Shown: piece after piece, positions 48,515 to 62,422 of the stretch
Layout: the number at the start of each line of letters is the position of its first letter
How positions within the stretch are numbered: position 1 is the stretch's first letter
Assembly (NCBI GenBank): GCA_951406725.2
Contig: OX597818.1
Location: 44,206,001 to 44,270,000, forward strand
Direction of reading: 5' to 3'
DNA length: 64,000 nucleotides
Source of the DNA: Octopus vulgaris
Taxonomy: Eukaryota
Translations under genes and position numbers: made by a program
The notes under the pieces: model-generated
The model's database searches: none
What the model saw: only the letters and a program-made list of their open reading frames with translations
What the model was told of the DNA's origin: nothing

Positions 48515-51030
48515 CTTGAAGCAATTCTCTGGATTGCTTCATGGCCCGCTGTTAATTTCACACTGGTGGGTGACCATTGCTGTGAGCAGTAATCCAGGCA
48601 GCTGAGGACGAATGTCTGCCAGAGGACCATCATGGTTTCTTTATCTCTGGTTCTGAATGTTCTTAGGATCCATCCAGCCAGTCGTCTGCACTTTGTCGCC
48701 ATCCTGGTAATGGCACTTGGAAAGAGGTATCATCACTCATGTTGATACCCAGGTCCCACACTGACTTAGGCTCTGGGATTGAAATTCCCTGTGGACTGGT
48801 ATACCCCGTAAGTTTAATATTCAGTTTTGGATGCTGGTAGTGCAGGGCCTGGAATTTTTCAGCATTAAACTGCATATTATTATCCTCAGCCCATCTGTAA
48901 ATTGAGTCCAACTCCTGCTGCAGGTGTGCTACATCGCTGGGGTTCTGTATTCTCTGCGAGACTTTCGTATCATCTGCATAGCTTGCCACAGTGGCTATCC
49001 GGGCATTTGAGGGCATATCTGAGAGGGCCACTACAAAAAGCAGTGGTCCCAAGACAGTGCCCTGTGGAACACCACTCACTATTTGTGTGTTCATAGAGGT
49101 GGCTCCATTAGCCACTACTGGCTGACTCCTATCTTTCAGGAAGTCATGTAACCACTCTCCAAGTTTTCCAGCTATGCCAAGGTCATGCAGTTTGTGGCAT
49201 ATCATACCATGATCCACCTTGTCAAAAGCTTTTGCAAAGTCAAGGTATATTACGTCCACATTTGATTTATTGAGTAACTGCCTCAACACCCAGTCATAAT
49301 GTTGTAAGAACTGGGTCAAGCAGCGCCTACCTGGTCGAAAACCATGCTTGGTATCACTCAGCAAATTATTTTCTTCAAGGAATGCAATTAGTTTCCTTCT
49401 GACTATCCGTTCCATGCAATTAATTTCCCTCTGACAATCTGTTCCTTGTGTGATGTGTTAAGTCAGAGAGATAGGCCTATAGTTTTTGGCATCTGATCTA
49501 CTTCCCCCTTTATGTATTGGGCATATTATTCCCTCCTTCAGCTTGCTTGGCAGTTTGCCATTTGTAAGAAAGCTCTGGAAGAGAATCTTGAGGGGTTTTG
49601 CCAGGGCATACTTACACGCTTTGAGGAGGATTGCTGGGAAACCATCAGGACCAGCAGTTGAGTTTGTGTCCACTTCAACTATGACTAGTAGTATATCTTC
49701 TTCGCTAATGTCAATGTATTCCATTGTAACTGCCTTATAGGTGAGGTGGCAAAGAAGTCCACTGGTTCGTTCCTTTGTCTGTTCCAACGGGGTGGCAAAG
49801 ACACTTTTGAACTGGTCATTCAGTATCTCACTGATCTTAGTTGGACTGTCTGTAAGGGAGCCATCCTTTTGGAGGAGGGGTCCTATCTTGTAGTGTACTG
49901 AGGCTGTTTCTTTCACGTAATGAAAGAAGGCCTTTGGGTTTGATTTAATGTTTTTTATAACCCAGGCTTCTTTGTCTGCTTTTCCCCTCACATTGGATTG
50001 TTGCAGCCTTTTTTCGATCACCATCAGTGTTGTTTTTAGGCAGGACGTTTCGCTACTTTTGGGATGTTGGTTGAGTTGATTTGCAACTTTCGTCCATTGT
50101 CTCATGAGGATCTTCCTGTCTCTTGGAATCTTGCTCCTATTTGTTTTGGCCTTGTGCTCTGGGACATATTTCTGGCATATGGCTTGCACAGAAGACATGA
50201 AACATTCTAGATTTATGTCAATGTCTGGTGTGGAGAGACATTTCGGCCAGTCCTCTCTGAGGATCTCTTTTTGGATTGATTTCCAATCTGCTTTGTGGAA
50301 GTTCAGATTGGAGAGTTTTTGGGTGCTTCTTTTAGGCTGTATGTCTCTGGTTACTTTCAGCCCAAACATAGACAGCTCTATTATGTTGTGATCCGAGACT
50401 AACGTTGGTGTCATTTTCACATCATGAATGATGTCCACATTGTTTACGAAGCAGAGATCCAGAAACTTATTCACCTTAGTTGGTCTGAGTACAGCTTGCT
50501 CCATGAATAGGGCATTGGTGGGGTTCAGCAGGGACTCCACCTGTGCTTGCTTGCAATGAGTCATTCCTGAGAGTATGAGACCTTCAGGCCATTTAACATT
50601 GGGGAAGTTGAAATCACCCATAAGAAATATGGTCATGTGGTGTTCCAGATTCATGAGGATTTCTTTAATTCTTGTGAGGCAATCTCCAAACTTTCCTATG
50701 TGGTTTGGGGCACCTGGTGGGCAATATGTATTGCATACGACTATATTATGTTGTCTTATGTATACAATTAGTGTCACATACCGAATTTGAGTATGCCAGT
50801 AAGACCTGGGGTGTGAGGTCATCACAGATGTATACAGCAACTCCACCATGGCTCCTTTCCCTTCTGTCTGTTTGCAGTATGGCATAGTTTGGTACGTGTA
50901 CTTCTGCATCTTCTATATCAGGGCTGAGGTGAGTTTCCACAAGTGCTATGCATAAGGCTTGATTGCATGCAGTAAGATCTCTCAGGAAAGAAATTTTGTT
51001 TTTATTTTGGTGCAACAGGCCCCCAATGTG
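48515..51030 (-). mobile_element. decayed CR1/L2-like LINE ORF2 (APE and RT)
   Basis: Motifs IALVETHL, MGDFNFPNVKW, AGPDG, NYRPISLT, YLDFAKAFDKVDH, SGVPQGTVLGPLLF, SYADDTK and MQFNAEK. Frameshifted. Confidence 0.93.
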
Positions 51031-51059
51031 CTAATGGTTCTTACCATCTTTACATGTAA

Positions 51060-51430
51060 TATTAATCCTTTCTACTATAGGTACAAGGCTTGAAATTTTA
51101 TGTGAGAGGGTTAGTCAATTACATTGACACCAGTGCTCAACTGGTACTTATTTTATCAATGCTGAAATGATGCAAGATAAACTAAACCTTGATAGAGTTT
51201 GAACTCACAACGTAAAGATGTCTGTCTTTAGCATGCTATCTGGCATATTAATGATTCTGCAAGTTTGCTGTCTTAAATGTAATAATATTAGTTTCAAATT
51301 TTGGCACAAGGCCAGCAACCTGAGGGAGGGGGTAAGGTGATCACATAGACCCCAGTGCTCAACTGATGCTTAATTTATTGACCCCAAAAGGATGGAAGTT
51401 AAAGTTGACCATGGTGACATAAACTCACAT
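51060..51430 (-). mobile_element. two old family A SINE copies in tandem
   Basis: cacaagg...cagtgctcaactg...aaggatg...aagttgacc repeated at ~51080 and ~51300. Confidence 0.7.
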
Positions 51431-52029
51431 TTAATAAAATTCATATCCTTTTATTATAAGAAAAGCTGGATACAGTTGATAAAAACTCAGTGCTACAGTA
51501 ATATTGGTTCTTATTTTAAACAATACTAGAAACCTGGAAGAAAAAGATAGGCTCTGGTTAGAGAAATGTAATAACTGTTAAAAACTTTAACTTGGGAAGC
51601 AGATTCAAACTCTTTTGAGAACACTGTGTAAATAAATAGAAGCTGTTTGTTGAAGGATTTTGTCAATTAATTTTGAGGCTTTTACAAGGATAAACTTATC
51701 TAACATATGTTAATGAAATGCAGAACATAATTTGGAAAACATGTTTTAATCCCAATGTATTTCAGTAGATTGTTATAACTAAATATACATATAGTAGAAT
51801 TACTAAACTGAAAGTTCTACTTAAACAGGGATTTGAAAAAATGGTATTACTACCCATAAAAAGAAATAGTTTTAGTTTGAGACCCATAAGAGAGAACTCA
51901 TTCCACATCGGGACAAGTATTGCTACTGCACACGCACACAGACATGTATGCACACACACAGAGGCATCCTAGACTATTCAGAGAAAGGCCAGTCAATTGA
52001 GTGATATAAAATTATTCACAGACATACTG

Positions 52030-52280
52030 TCTTCTCTCATTGCTTTTTCTACTAAAACTATAAAAGGTGGCCTCTGCCCTTCAAAGATGGCTGGTCTTGT
52101 GCCATATTTACTCAAGCACTCTCAATTCACCTTCCTCCCCTCTAAATATTTATGTTGTGTTCTCAATCTCAGGTTCTCCATTCAGTTCTTCATCCCCAGA
52201 ATGTTAGCCTTCTGGAATTTCCTCTCGGCAGTTGATGACTTGCAATAGTTTAAATGGAACATTAATGGCATCAATCTATT
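52030..52280 (+). mobile_element. old LINE 3' remnant
   Basis: QFFIPRMLAFWNFL...DLQ*FK resembles the L2/CR1-group C-terminal motif FxPRTxxxWNxLP. Confidence 0.45.
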
Positions 52281-55200
52281 AGGGGCCCTGTGAAGGTCAT
52301 AAGCACTATCCATTCTTCCAGACTTAATGATAATATTAAAGTCTCTTTTTAAAAACTTTCCTGGTGAATTTCTTTCTTTATCACTAAACTATTTTGGATT
52401 GCAGTATATTCAATGAATCTGTTATAAAATACCAAAACTCATTTATCCATATGTACATTTTTAGAGAGAATTAAATGCATTTTGTGAACAGTAACACTTG
52501 AACTTATTTAACTTTTTAAGAGTCTGAGGTAGAGAATTATATTAGAATAAACTGAATCTACCATTCTTAATAGCGAATTCAATTTTGGAAAAAAGAAATT
52601 GAATCTTGTGGTACATTAAGTATTTAATAGGAAAAATTTAAATTTCTTTGAAAATCACCCTCTATTTTTGCTCATTATCTGGAATGGTTATCAACACCAT
52701 TTATTTTATATTCAAAGATGGATAAAATAGAAATCCTTGTGTTAATGCCACAGTAAGTCAATTGTATGACTTTTAAGTGCTGATTAAGTGATTTACTTGC
52801 TAAAAATTGAGCTCAGCCACAATTACACTTATAAATTTATTAAAAAAATTTTTTTATTTCAAATAAAGTCTTTGACGATCAATTATCTAAACATTCTTTA
52901 CATTATTTAAAGACTTAAAAGTCAGTTGATTTATATTATATTTTTATTTGTAATTCCAAGAATGCTACAAATTGAATTGTCATAGTATATCCAATTTCAT
53001 ATTTTAGGAAAAAAAAAATATAGCTCTTAATTTGCAGACAGTTTTATCTCATCATCAAAAATACAATTCTGAAATTATATGTGAATAACTACAGTAAAAA
53101 AATGTATCAACTAGCCTGTAAGAAGGGTGAAAACTAGATTTTCTTTTCATATAAAATCATTACATAAAAGGCATGCAACTATATTAGAAAATAATATTAC
53201 AACTGAGAACTAATTTATAGAAACTGGACATGTACATCACAGCTTATTTTCTACGATTCTAAGCTACTATATCAATATGTATTCATTAAAATCTTTTGTA
53301 AACAAAATATATTTCCAATTATCATGATAGAAAAGTATAACCATTTTCATTTGGGTTAGTTAAATAATAGTTCTTGTAAAAATAACAATATAAATAATCT
53401 GCAAATACAAAAATCTTTGGTGAGAATTCCAGATTATGTTGTAAAGAGTTGACCCAATATCTTGTCATTTGCAATTAAATGATATTAAGGAAATTTTGAA
53501 ACTAAAGTATTAATTATTTTCCAAAATATTAAGCATATCATATTTTTAATATACAAAATTTCAGAGCAGAAGTAATTTTTAGTAAGATATTTCTTATCAA
53601 ATATGAATCTAAAAATTAACTTTTTCTGGAAAAAATATTAGATCAATTTGGTTGAAAGTAAAGCTTATTTATTAAGTACTTAAATCATTTTAAAAATTGT
53701 TTTTGTAACTGCTGTATCTATATGTCCAGTATTTTAGACCACTGTATATAGTCTTTAAAGTTGTGTTATCTATGTGTTCAGTACTTAGGATAACTCAATG
53801 AAGATGTTTTCTTTTATTCTTCATTGAAAATTAACATTGAATAATTAAACTATAAAAATAATTAAAAGAAAATGATAGAATAGATTCATTGATAAAGCAA
53901 GTGAAGGAAGTAGAAAAAGTATATAAAAGTCACATTAAAATATGAAACAAACAAGCAAATAGATTTACTGAATTTCACTATTGGTTATTGAGCTTGGTAA
54001 AACATTGTAGCAAAAAAGCAAATTGAATGAAAGATCATATTTCAATATACCAAGAAAAAAAAAAAAAATGCTGTCAGTCATATACACATGCACAAATCAT
54101 GTGGATTTATAAAATAGTGTGCATTTGAAAGTTATAATCTAAATGTTTAGAAAGATCATTAAAGATATTCTTTGATATCCCTTGTTATAAATGATATGTT
54201 TGTGATTTCTTTCTGCACAACTTTTCTTAATTTTTTCAATTTAGAAAACATACAGACACTTCAGTACTCATACACACTATCTTACATGTATTTATGATGT
54301 ATATATTTGTATGTGTTTAAAGTATAATCACAGGTACAGTTAGTGAATTCAATATTTTCTCTTTTCAGTATTAATAAGCATTTCTTTGTTGAAAAGATAA
54401 TTTTTAGGGTTAAATTGTATTCAACACTTAAAGTATCTTACTGAAGCTAAATCATAACTTAAGACACTGAAAAGTTACACAATCTTAGATTTTGATTTAC
54501 AACCATACATTAAAAAATATACAAATTATGGGTAAACTTAAAGATTGATCTTGGTAACTCCTTATATGGTTGTATTAGCATGCGAAAAAAGAAAGCTTTG
54601 TTGTCAATAAACATTTTTATATGTAAATATAAAATAATAGAAAAAATTCTAACAACAACAGATTTAATAGCTTCTAAAAAGACTACTGTAAATGTAATTA
54701 GAAACAAATTTATAAAATATAAAGAGAAAAATTAAATAAGAAGATATTCATAATAAAGTATTTTTGTGTCTTTTCTTATATCTGGTGGGTATAGTGTATG
54801 TATATATATATTTATAAACATTCGTATTATTGCATGTTGAAGTTCAGCTTAACCACTTTCTCTTTAAGAATAAGTTGCTAAAGAGGGGTTTGTATATTTT
54901 TTTGCAATAACATCTATTTTGGGATCAAAATGAATTTTATTTTCTCCAAACTTAATTTTTCTAATTTAAATTTGTTTGAATACGACTGTTGCTAAAGAGT
55001 GGTATTTTAATTTCATTTACCAGGCAGACTATAAAATTTATGAATGGAGGATTTTTTTGAAGAGATTACCAATTATTTCTGATAATTTTAGTGCAGCATT
55101 ATTATAACAGGGAAAATTTATATATTAAAAAGGCTTTAAAAAATATTCCAGTCCTTGCTTCCCTTGGGAAATTGGAGGTTCACAAAGATGAGACAAAAGC

Positions 55201-55539
55201 CACCAACTAATTGGAACCTTTTAGTTCAATGTTATAGCAAGAAATAAAATTCTTGTGATCTTTTATTTTGTATTTTTAAACATAAAAAGAAACAAACAAA
55301 TGGTTGATAGGTATGAAAAATTTTGCAAGCTCTTTGGTACACAGCCTCAAGTTGTCAAAGGAAACACTCTTTCTCTGTATTAGTTATTTATTATTAACTA
55401 AATTATAAAAAAAGGTTAATGAAAATATCAGTTTATAATAAATTACAATATATAACAAACAAAATAATTTTTCAGTTAGTAGCTGAACAATTTCTGGTCC
55501 AATATTAAGATTTGTTTCTATAAGATAGTTAGAATAATA

Positions 55540-56905
55540 ATTTTTTCTAGCATAGGTACGAAGCTACAAATGTTGGGAAGGGAATATTCAGTTTAATTTA
55601 TTCCAGTACTTGTCTGATATTTTATCAATTCCTAAAGCACACTTCAAGCAAAGTCAACCCAAGCTTAACTGCTTTTGCTACTCTCTACCCCTAATTATAG
55701 TTTCAGAGTTTTTGCATGGCCAGCGATTTATGGGCAGAGATTAAGTTGATTACATTTGGCCAAGTACCTAACAGGTATCTATTTTATCGACCTTGAAAGG
55801 ATAAAAAGCAAAGTTGGCCTTGGTGGAATTATAACTCAGGTTGAAAAGACAGATGAAATGCTGCTAAGCATTTTGCCTGGCATGCTAATGATTCTTCCAA
55901 CACTACCTATAATAATAATAATAATAATCATAACAACAATAATAATGATAATAATAATTGCTTCAAATTTTGGCACAAAACCAACAATTTTGGGAGGAGA
56001 GGCAAGTCAATTGCATTGATTCTAGTACTTTATTTTATCAATCCTAAAAGGAAAAGTTGACCTTGGCAAGATTTGAACTTAGAATGTAAAGAGCCTGAAG
56101 AAATACTGTTAAGCATTTCGTTTGATGTGCTAACAATTCTGTCAGTTCATTACCTTCAAAAATGATATCTGTTTCTAATTTAGACACAAAGTCAACAGTT
56201 TTGAGGGGAGGGACTAGTTGAGTAACATCAACTCCAGTACTTGACCGGTACATTACTTTTTCAACCCCAGAGGAATGAAAGACAAAATTGACTTTGGTGG
56301 AATCTGAACTTATAACTTAAAGTATTGTAACTAAATGCCATTAGGTATTTGGTTTAGTTTTCTAATGATTCCGCCAGTTCACAGCCCCAGTAATAATTTT
56401 TCACATTGGTACCAGGTCCAACATTTTTCAGAGGGGAATCAGTTGATTATATCAATGTCAGTGTAAAATTGGTTCTAAAATTTTGTGCAGGGAACATGGT
56501 TTTTGTTGTTTGGTGTTGGAGATATGTTTCCCAGCAATTTTGGGATGCTGATTTCAAAAATGAAATCCATTTTGCTAGTTGTGAGAGAAGAAAATACAAA
56601 AGCAGTCCTGATGTCTTCTGCTATAATTGTAGACATTACACTTTACATAGGCAGCGAAACAAAATCACAGATTTTGTGAAGAAAGTTTACATTGGCATGA
56701 AACTGGGTGATCAAGACAAGGCTTGGACACCTCATATAATGTGTAAAACATGTGTTGAAACACTGAAACAGTGACTGTTTCAAATACTTAAGCAAGAAGA
56801 TTTTAGCTTTGTTGGTGTGTTTGATGGGTCTCAAATTAGGTGGTACTTTATTTTACAGATCTTAGAAGTATGAACAGCAGAGTCAGCCTCAGTGGAATTT
56901 AACCT
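55540..56905 (-). mobile_element. cluster of five co-oriented old family A SINEs
   Basis: Units start near 55540, 55700, 55960, 56170 and 56397. The last is split by a DNA transposon fragment and resumes at ~56835. Confidence 0.75.
56483..56830 (+). mobile_element. DNA transposase N-terminal fragment, probably Chapaev3 (CMC)
   Basis: SPDVFCYNC...ITDFVKKVY...KLGDQDKAWTPHIMCKTCVETLKQ. The family assignment is from recalled motifs only. Confidence 0.65.
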
Positions 56906-59900
56906 ATAGCTCTAATTATATACCACGAGGCAGTTTGTTCAATACTCTGATGATACTTCTGATAGAAAATGCTAGCTGAATTTTAAAAAATGATAGGGAA
57001 AATCAAAGTGAAAATAGTCAATATCCTAAGTGCTTATTCTATAAAATTGTGTAACAAACCCAAGCAGAAATTGGAAACTAAGGCAGGAAAATAGGGGCCA
57101 GGAAGAAAGAACAATTTATAATTTTAGTAAACAAATTGGTTCTAGAATTTCGTGTTTATAATCTGTTCCACCAAATACAGAGACTACAGTTGTGCGGGAA
57201 AAATAAAATTTGTAAAACTCTAATTTGAATTCTACTATTTTATCAAGAAATGCTCAAAAAGGTTTCCTTTGGATCCATTATAGCAAATGTTATGAATAAC
57301 TTTAAGTGGGTTTTATTTCTTCCTGGAATCACATTTTGTAAGTTATGAGTTGTATGGTTAATAGACTGTTATATAAAGGGGGGATTACACAATTTATAAA
57401 AAATATATATTTGTAATTTTTGTTAATATTTTATTAAACCCACCCCCATCTCCTATGCCTATATGTGAAATTAAAAGTATGGCTGTGTTTAGATGTAATT
57501 TTATTAATATTTTTGAAAACTTCTTGTAATCAATTTAGTTATTTTGCACAAAGAAATAGAAAATTATAAGAAAGCAAGAAATATGAATAGAATAAAACAT
57601 AAACACAGTTGTGTTTTAATTTCACATATTAAGACATATAAACATATGTTCACTGATTTTTTTTTGATTTTTTAACTTTTTTTTGTATAATTTTAACATT
57701 TTGAAGTGTATTTTCAAAGTAGATTAGCTCACAACTAAAGAAGAAAAACTAATATCAGAAATAATGAAGGAAAGCAACACTTTTTATGTATTTAAATATT
57801 TTTGCTTGGGACAAATAGAAAAATAAATGAAAACCAACAGAAAAACAAAAAAACAAACTCCCCTTAAGTTCTATTTAAAAAATTCAATAATTTTCTTATT
57901 GACATTTTAGTTTTGTAAATAGATATGCCAAAATAAATGAAGCTTAGAGTAAACACCAGTAAAAAAAATAATATGAAATATTCTCTTTTAATGTATTTAG
58001 AGATAATATTATTAAATAAGAACCAAAATTGGGGACATTAAAAAAATTCTTAGACTTAATCTAACTATAAATCTGTTAAAATATTGAGTCAAACTGTAAT
58101 GAAACAATGCAACCATCTTTTCAATTATTTAACAAAAGAGATTGATTGTCATTTACTTCCATGTATTTACTGTCACTTATATGAACTATTAAATTAAATT
58201 AAATTAAATTAAATATGTAAACCTATTTGAACTACTTCCTTTTAATTTTATAACACATTTTCTTAACAAAATATTTACATATTAATTGCTGCAAAGGCAA
58301 GAAAACACCTTGGTGGATGAAGGCATAAGAAGAGTCAAAATAGTAATAAATGGTTGCAGAACTTGTATTCTATTGTCCCCATGGATGTCAGTTTGGAAAC
58401 TCTTACATCTTGAGGTTAAAATACATTTAAATATATTAACATCTTAAATATCTAATTTCAAGTTTTCTTCTCTCGAGAATCTAAAACAGGATATGATAAA
58501 TTAAAAAGTAGTTTTTTTTAGATTCATAAGAAACCTAGAGAATCTTCAGCAAAGGAAATAAGTGAAAATCAACTAAGTTTACAATTTTACATAGATATAT
58601 CACTGTAGAACCTTTAATAGTGTTCTTTACAATATACTCCTGTAGAGTATGATTAAGAATGTAAGGATGAAAGAGTTTTCACTGTATTTATACAAATTAC
58701 AAACACAAACTGTTATGCATGACTTAATTAGTATACATAGTTTTACAGTTACATGAATATCTTTGTATTTGGATGCAAATATATAACACACAAACAAATT
58801 TATGTGCATGTATGCTTATATTCAAACTTGTGTAGGTGAATTTATATGGATATCAATATTTTATATAAATTTATATTCACATAAACCAAACAGGCAGTAA
58901 CTTCAGAGAGGGCAGAGTGATTGTTTTGCTGGTTGGGGTAACTAAAAGAAATTAGGATTTAAACTACAATAGCTGGCAGAAAAGAAATATTAGCTTGTGG
59001 TTTCTACCAAGCATCAAATATTATATTTGAAATCAAATAAAAATAAACTTAAAATCTCCCAAAACTATCAGACTGGAGGTATTGTATCAAACAAATGTAT
59101 TGCAAATAGAATACTGATATTTAATGAAAAATAAATAATCTTTAATGTTTCACAAAATTAATGTAGGTTACGTGCCTTGTTACATTAAAAACAGAGAAAT
59201 ATTATTGTGATTAAGGAAACACTTAAAGCTTTTGGATATCATGAAAATTCAGCTAATCAGCTTTTTCACAGTTTGAATATCTTACTGAAGAAACATGCAA
59301 TAAAGTTTTATAAAAATGTGGCACCAAAATAAATCATTTTAGTAAGCTAAAAAAGGAGGTAATTTACAAATTATTTGTCATTTAACAAGACTTAAATCAG
59401 TCAATGATTATAATGATGAAAAACATCTCTTAAGAGACTGTACTAGTATTCTACAAGACAATTTTGAAAGTATGAAGGCAAGAATTGCAACATATTCTGT
59501 TAAGACTGAAAATTGTTTGGGCTCTAGAATAATAAGTATTTATGGGATAGAGTTTAATTCTTAGTATGTGAGCAGTTAAGTGAGTTATTAGAAACTCAGT
59601 ATTGTGTAGTGATTTTTTGGCAGAATGACAAGGACCAGATCATAAGATGAAAAATGTAAAAGTATTTAGGTGTAGTCCCTCAAAATAAAGCCTATGGATT
59701 ACTAAAGATAGCTTGCTAAATACAGTAGATAGCTTCTACAACCTATGGTGGCTAGAAAGTGAAAGTGTAAGGTTTATGTAAAATGAAACAGTTCAATTGA
59801 AAATTAAATCGATGCTCTAGATTTTATGATTTTCTCTATCCCTCTCTTGCTCATGCTAATATCTTTGTATATGTATTTTCACATCTCTAGTGTAAGCTTA

Positions 59901-60007
59901 AATGTATGTTACTATATTTTGTTAGCTTGTCTTTGGCCTGTATTGCATTGCATATTTGTTAAACATTATATATATCATTGTGTACTATATTATTGATTAC
60001 ATAACAG

Positions 60008-60076
60008 GTCAGAATATTTCATGTCAACTACTGCCTTGTGCAACAGTCAGCACGAAACTGGTAGTGACACTCTGAC
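60008..60076. other. isolated imperfect hairpin in repeat-free DNA
   Basis: gtcaga/tctgac base, tgtc/gaca, actactgccttgtgc/gcacgaaactggtagt, 8-nt loop. Confidence 0.4.
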
Positions 60077-62160
60077 TAATTATATGTCCTAATCATCAAT
60101 ATACTGCTCGATTTCAGATATTGTGTGTGTTTTTTTCTGACTTATGGACATCTGATAATATAATTATTATCATTTAGATGTGTGCATGTATATGCACATA
60201 TTTATCATTATATTATTTTGCAGGGGAAAATAAGGACACATTTGTTCAAATAGTATCCACAAAAAAGGAAATTATCAACAAATATTTATAATTAGCAGTG
60301 GAAAACTGATTAACAATCAGGAGCATAGCCTGAGTCAAAGAATAATACTCTAAGATATTAATTGAAAGATGAAATAAATTTCTGGTATTTGTGTCTTTAA
60401 GCTTAAGGTTAAATAGTTTTTTGATGAAAATCCTAAACAATATTTTAATAGAAAGCAGTTGTAATAAGCCTCACCAAAAGGAACTTCCATTTAGCCAATG
60501 AAAATTGTTAGTGCTTTCTGTAAGTCACATAAAAAAAGGATCACATTCATAATAGACCACTTTGCCAAAATATAAGTTAAGGCTGAAGTACAAAATCTAT
60601 AGCAACGTCATTGGTATCACCAAATTAGATAAGAAAAAAACCCTTAATTTAGTTGTCAAAACCATTGTAATTAAAGAGAATGTGAAAAGAGCTGCCAAAA
60701 AGATGTAAATAAAAAGCCAGAAAATTCTGTTTGAAACAAAGATAAGTTGCAAAGAAATGTGTCTAACTTATAAATGTTAGCACCATTCTTCTGTTCTTTT
60801 AGAAATTCTCAGATTTATACAAATAATTTTTTCTGATTTTTCTTTGGCTCCATTATTAAAATTAAGTGAGTGACAATTTTAAAATGTTTCATATCTAAGA
60901 ATTAAACTTATTGTTTGAAATACAAAAAAAAAAAACAAGAATTGTTTCACTCTATACTGTGTCCAAATTTACTCAGAGTTTCAGTCCAAGCTTAGTTAGA
61001 AATTGAGCAGTTTGAAACTTACTTCAAAGGGAACAACAGACTCTGACTTGCTGAAAACTGCTGAGAATTGGCTCGTTGTTCATCATATACAAAAATTTAT
61101 TAAACAGATGATTAGGTTATAGAACAAATGCTTATGGTTTGAATAAAGTGAAAATTAAGAGAAATTTATTTAGATTTAGGTTGTTTGTTAAATAGCATGA
61201 ATAAGAATTGCTTTAAAACTTACATCCAAAATATAGCAATATATATATATATATATACAGTTCCTTGCTTTGGTTTCAAATATTATTATATAAACCAGTT
61301 TGTCAGCAAAATCAAACTGTTAAGAAATACCAGTCAACTTACTACTTTAGTGTGAGTTAGAGATATAGTGGCTATTATATATATGCCAAAAATACTGCAT
61401 TTAGTTTTGAAATAATATTTAAATAGATTTCTATAAAACAAATTAATATCAGTAATCCAAGCTAAAGAATCTTGGATATATAAAAATGATTTTTCATTGT
61501 GGAAAAAAAAAGAAAAAATGGAAATAAAAATAAGAGACAAGTAAAACACATATATAAGTTAAAAATATTAAACAAGTCGAGAACATATAAAAACTTGTGA
61601 GTAGTTATCATTGTCAATAAAAAGAAAAGTTTTGATTAAGAATTGAAATTTACATGGATTATTGTAAAAAAATATGATAAGTAGCTAACCTAATTAAAAT
61701 AAACCAAATTTAAATTCGTGGCTGTTGTCTGTGAGTGTATATATACATATGATTAATCTTTGGACAAAAGAAGCATATTTGTATCAATGAGAAAAACTAT
61801 TTCTATAAAATCAAAAGAATTATAATTGTTTTTCTTTCTGGGGAAACAAATCATTCAAGAAAGTGTTTCAGTTACTAAATTGTTTTGATTGATAGTTTAA
61901 AAACAAAAGTTGTTTGTTTGGAAATGTTTCTTCTTTTAAAACTCAGTCAGTATGTTAATGATTCTGAACTGATAACCAATGAAAACAAAGGTCTACATAC
62001 AAATAAACAGGGAAAAAACCCCAAAATGGAAATATTGTTGAGGTAATCATTAACAAAATTAATGAGATATTCTCAGTTCTATTTATCAGAATGCTCAGAA
62101 ATCTGTGGAGTTTACTTCAAAAAATGAATGATGTGCAGTGTGTGTGATATATATATATCT

Positions 62161-62422
62161 TTATAACAATAATCAAGGGTTTAGCAACAAGTTGCTTGAC
62201 CACATACCGAAAATTTTTAGAAATAGCAGCCAAAAGTTTGCTATTTCTTTGGCTGCTATTTCTAAAATTTTCAGTATGTGGTCAAGCAACTTGTTGCTAA
62301 ACCCTTGATTATTGTTATAATTATATATAAAAAAACTTTTTGTATAAGTTTTTACCGAATATGGTTATTTTCCATACCGAAAACTGCTTGGTAAGATTTA
62401 TTAGATTAATAATTCTTTACCC
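62161..62422. mobile_element. foldback element (73-bp arms, 13-nt loop) between (TA)n tracts
   Basis: 62161-62234 pairs almost perfectly with 62248-62320. (TA)n lies on both sides of 62160-62422. Confidence 0.75.

Noticed and set aside
49458-50909. 483-aa ORF as a functional gene
   Set aside because: It is a frameshifted part of a LINE ORF2 with an out-of-frame N-terminus and a stop before the RT core.
60221-60240. Splice acceptor ttattttgcag|g
   Set aside because: No convincing downstream donor or open frame, so an exon cannot be supported.
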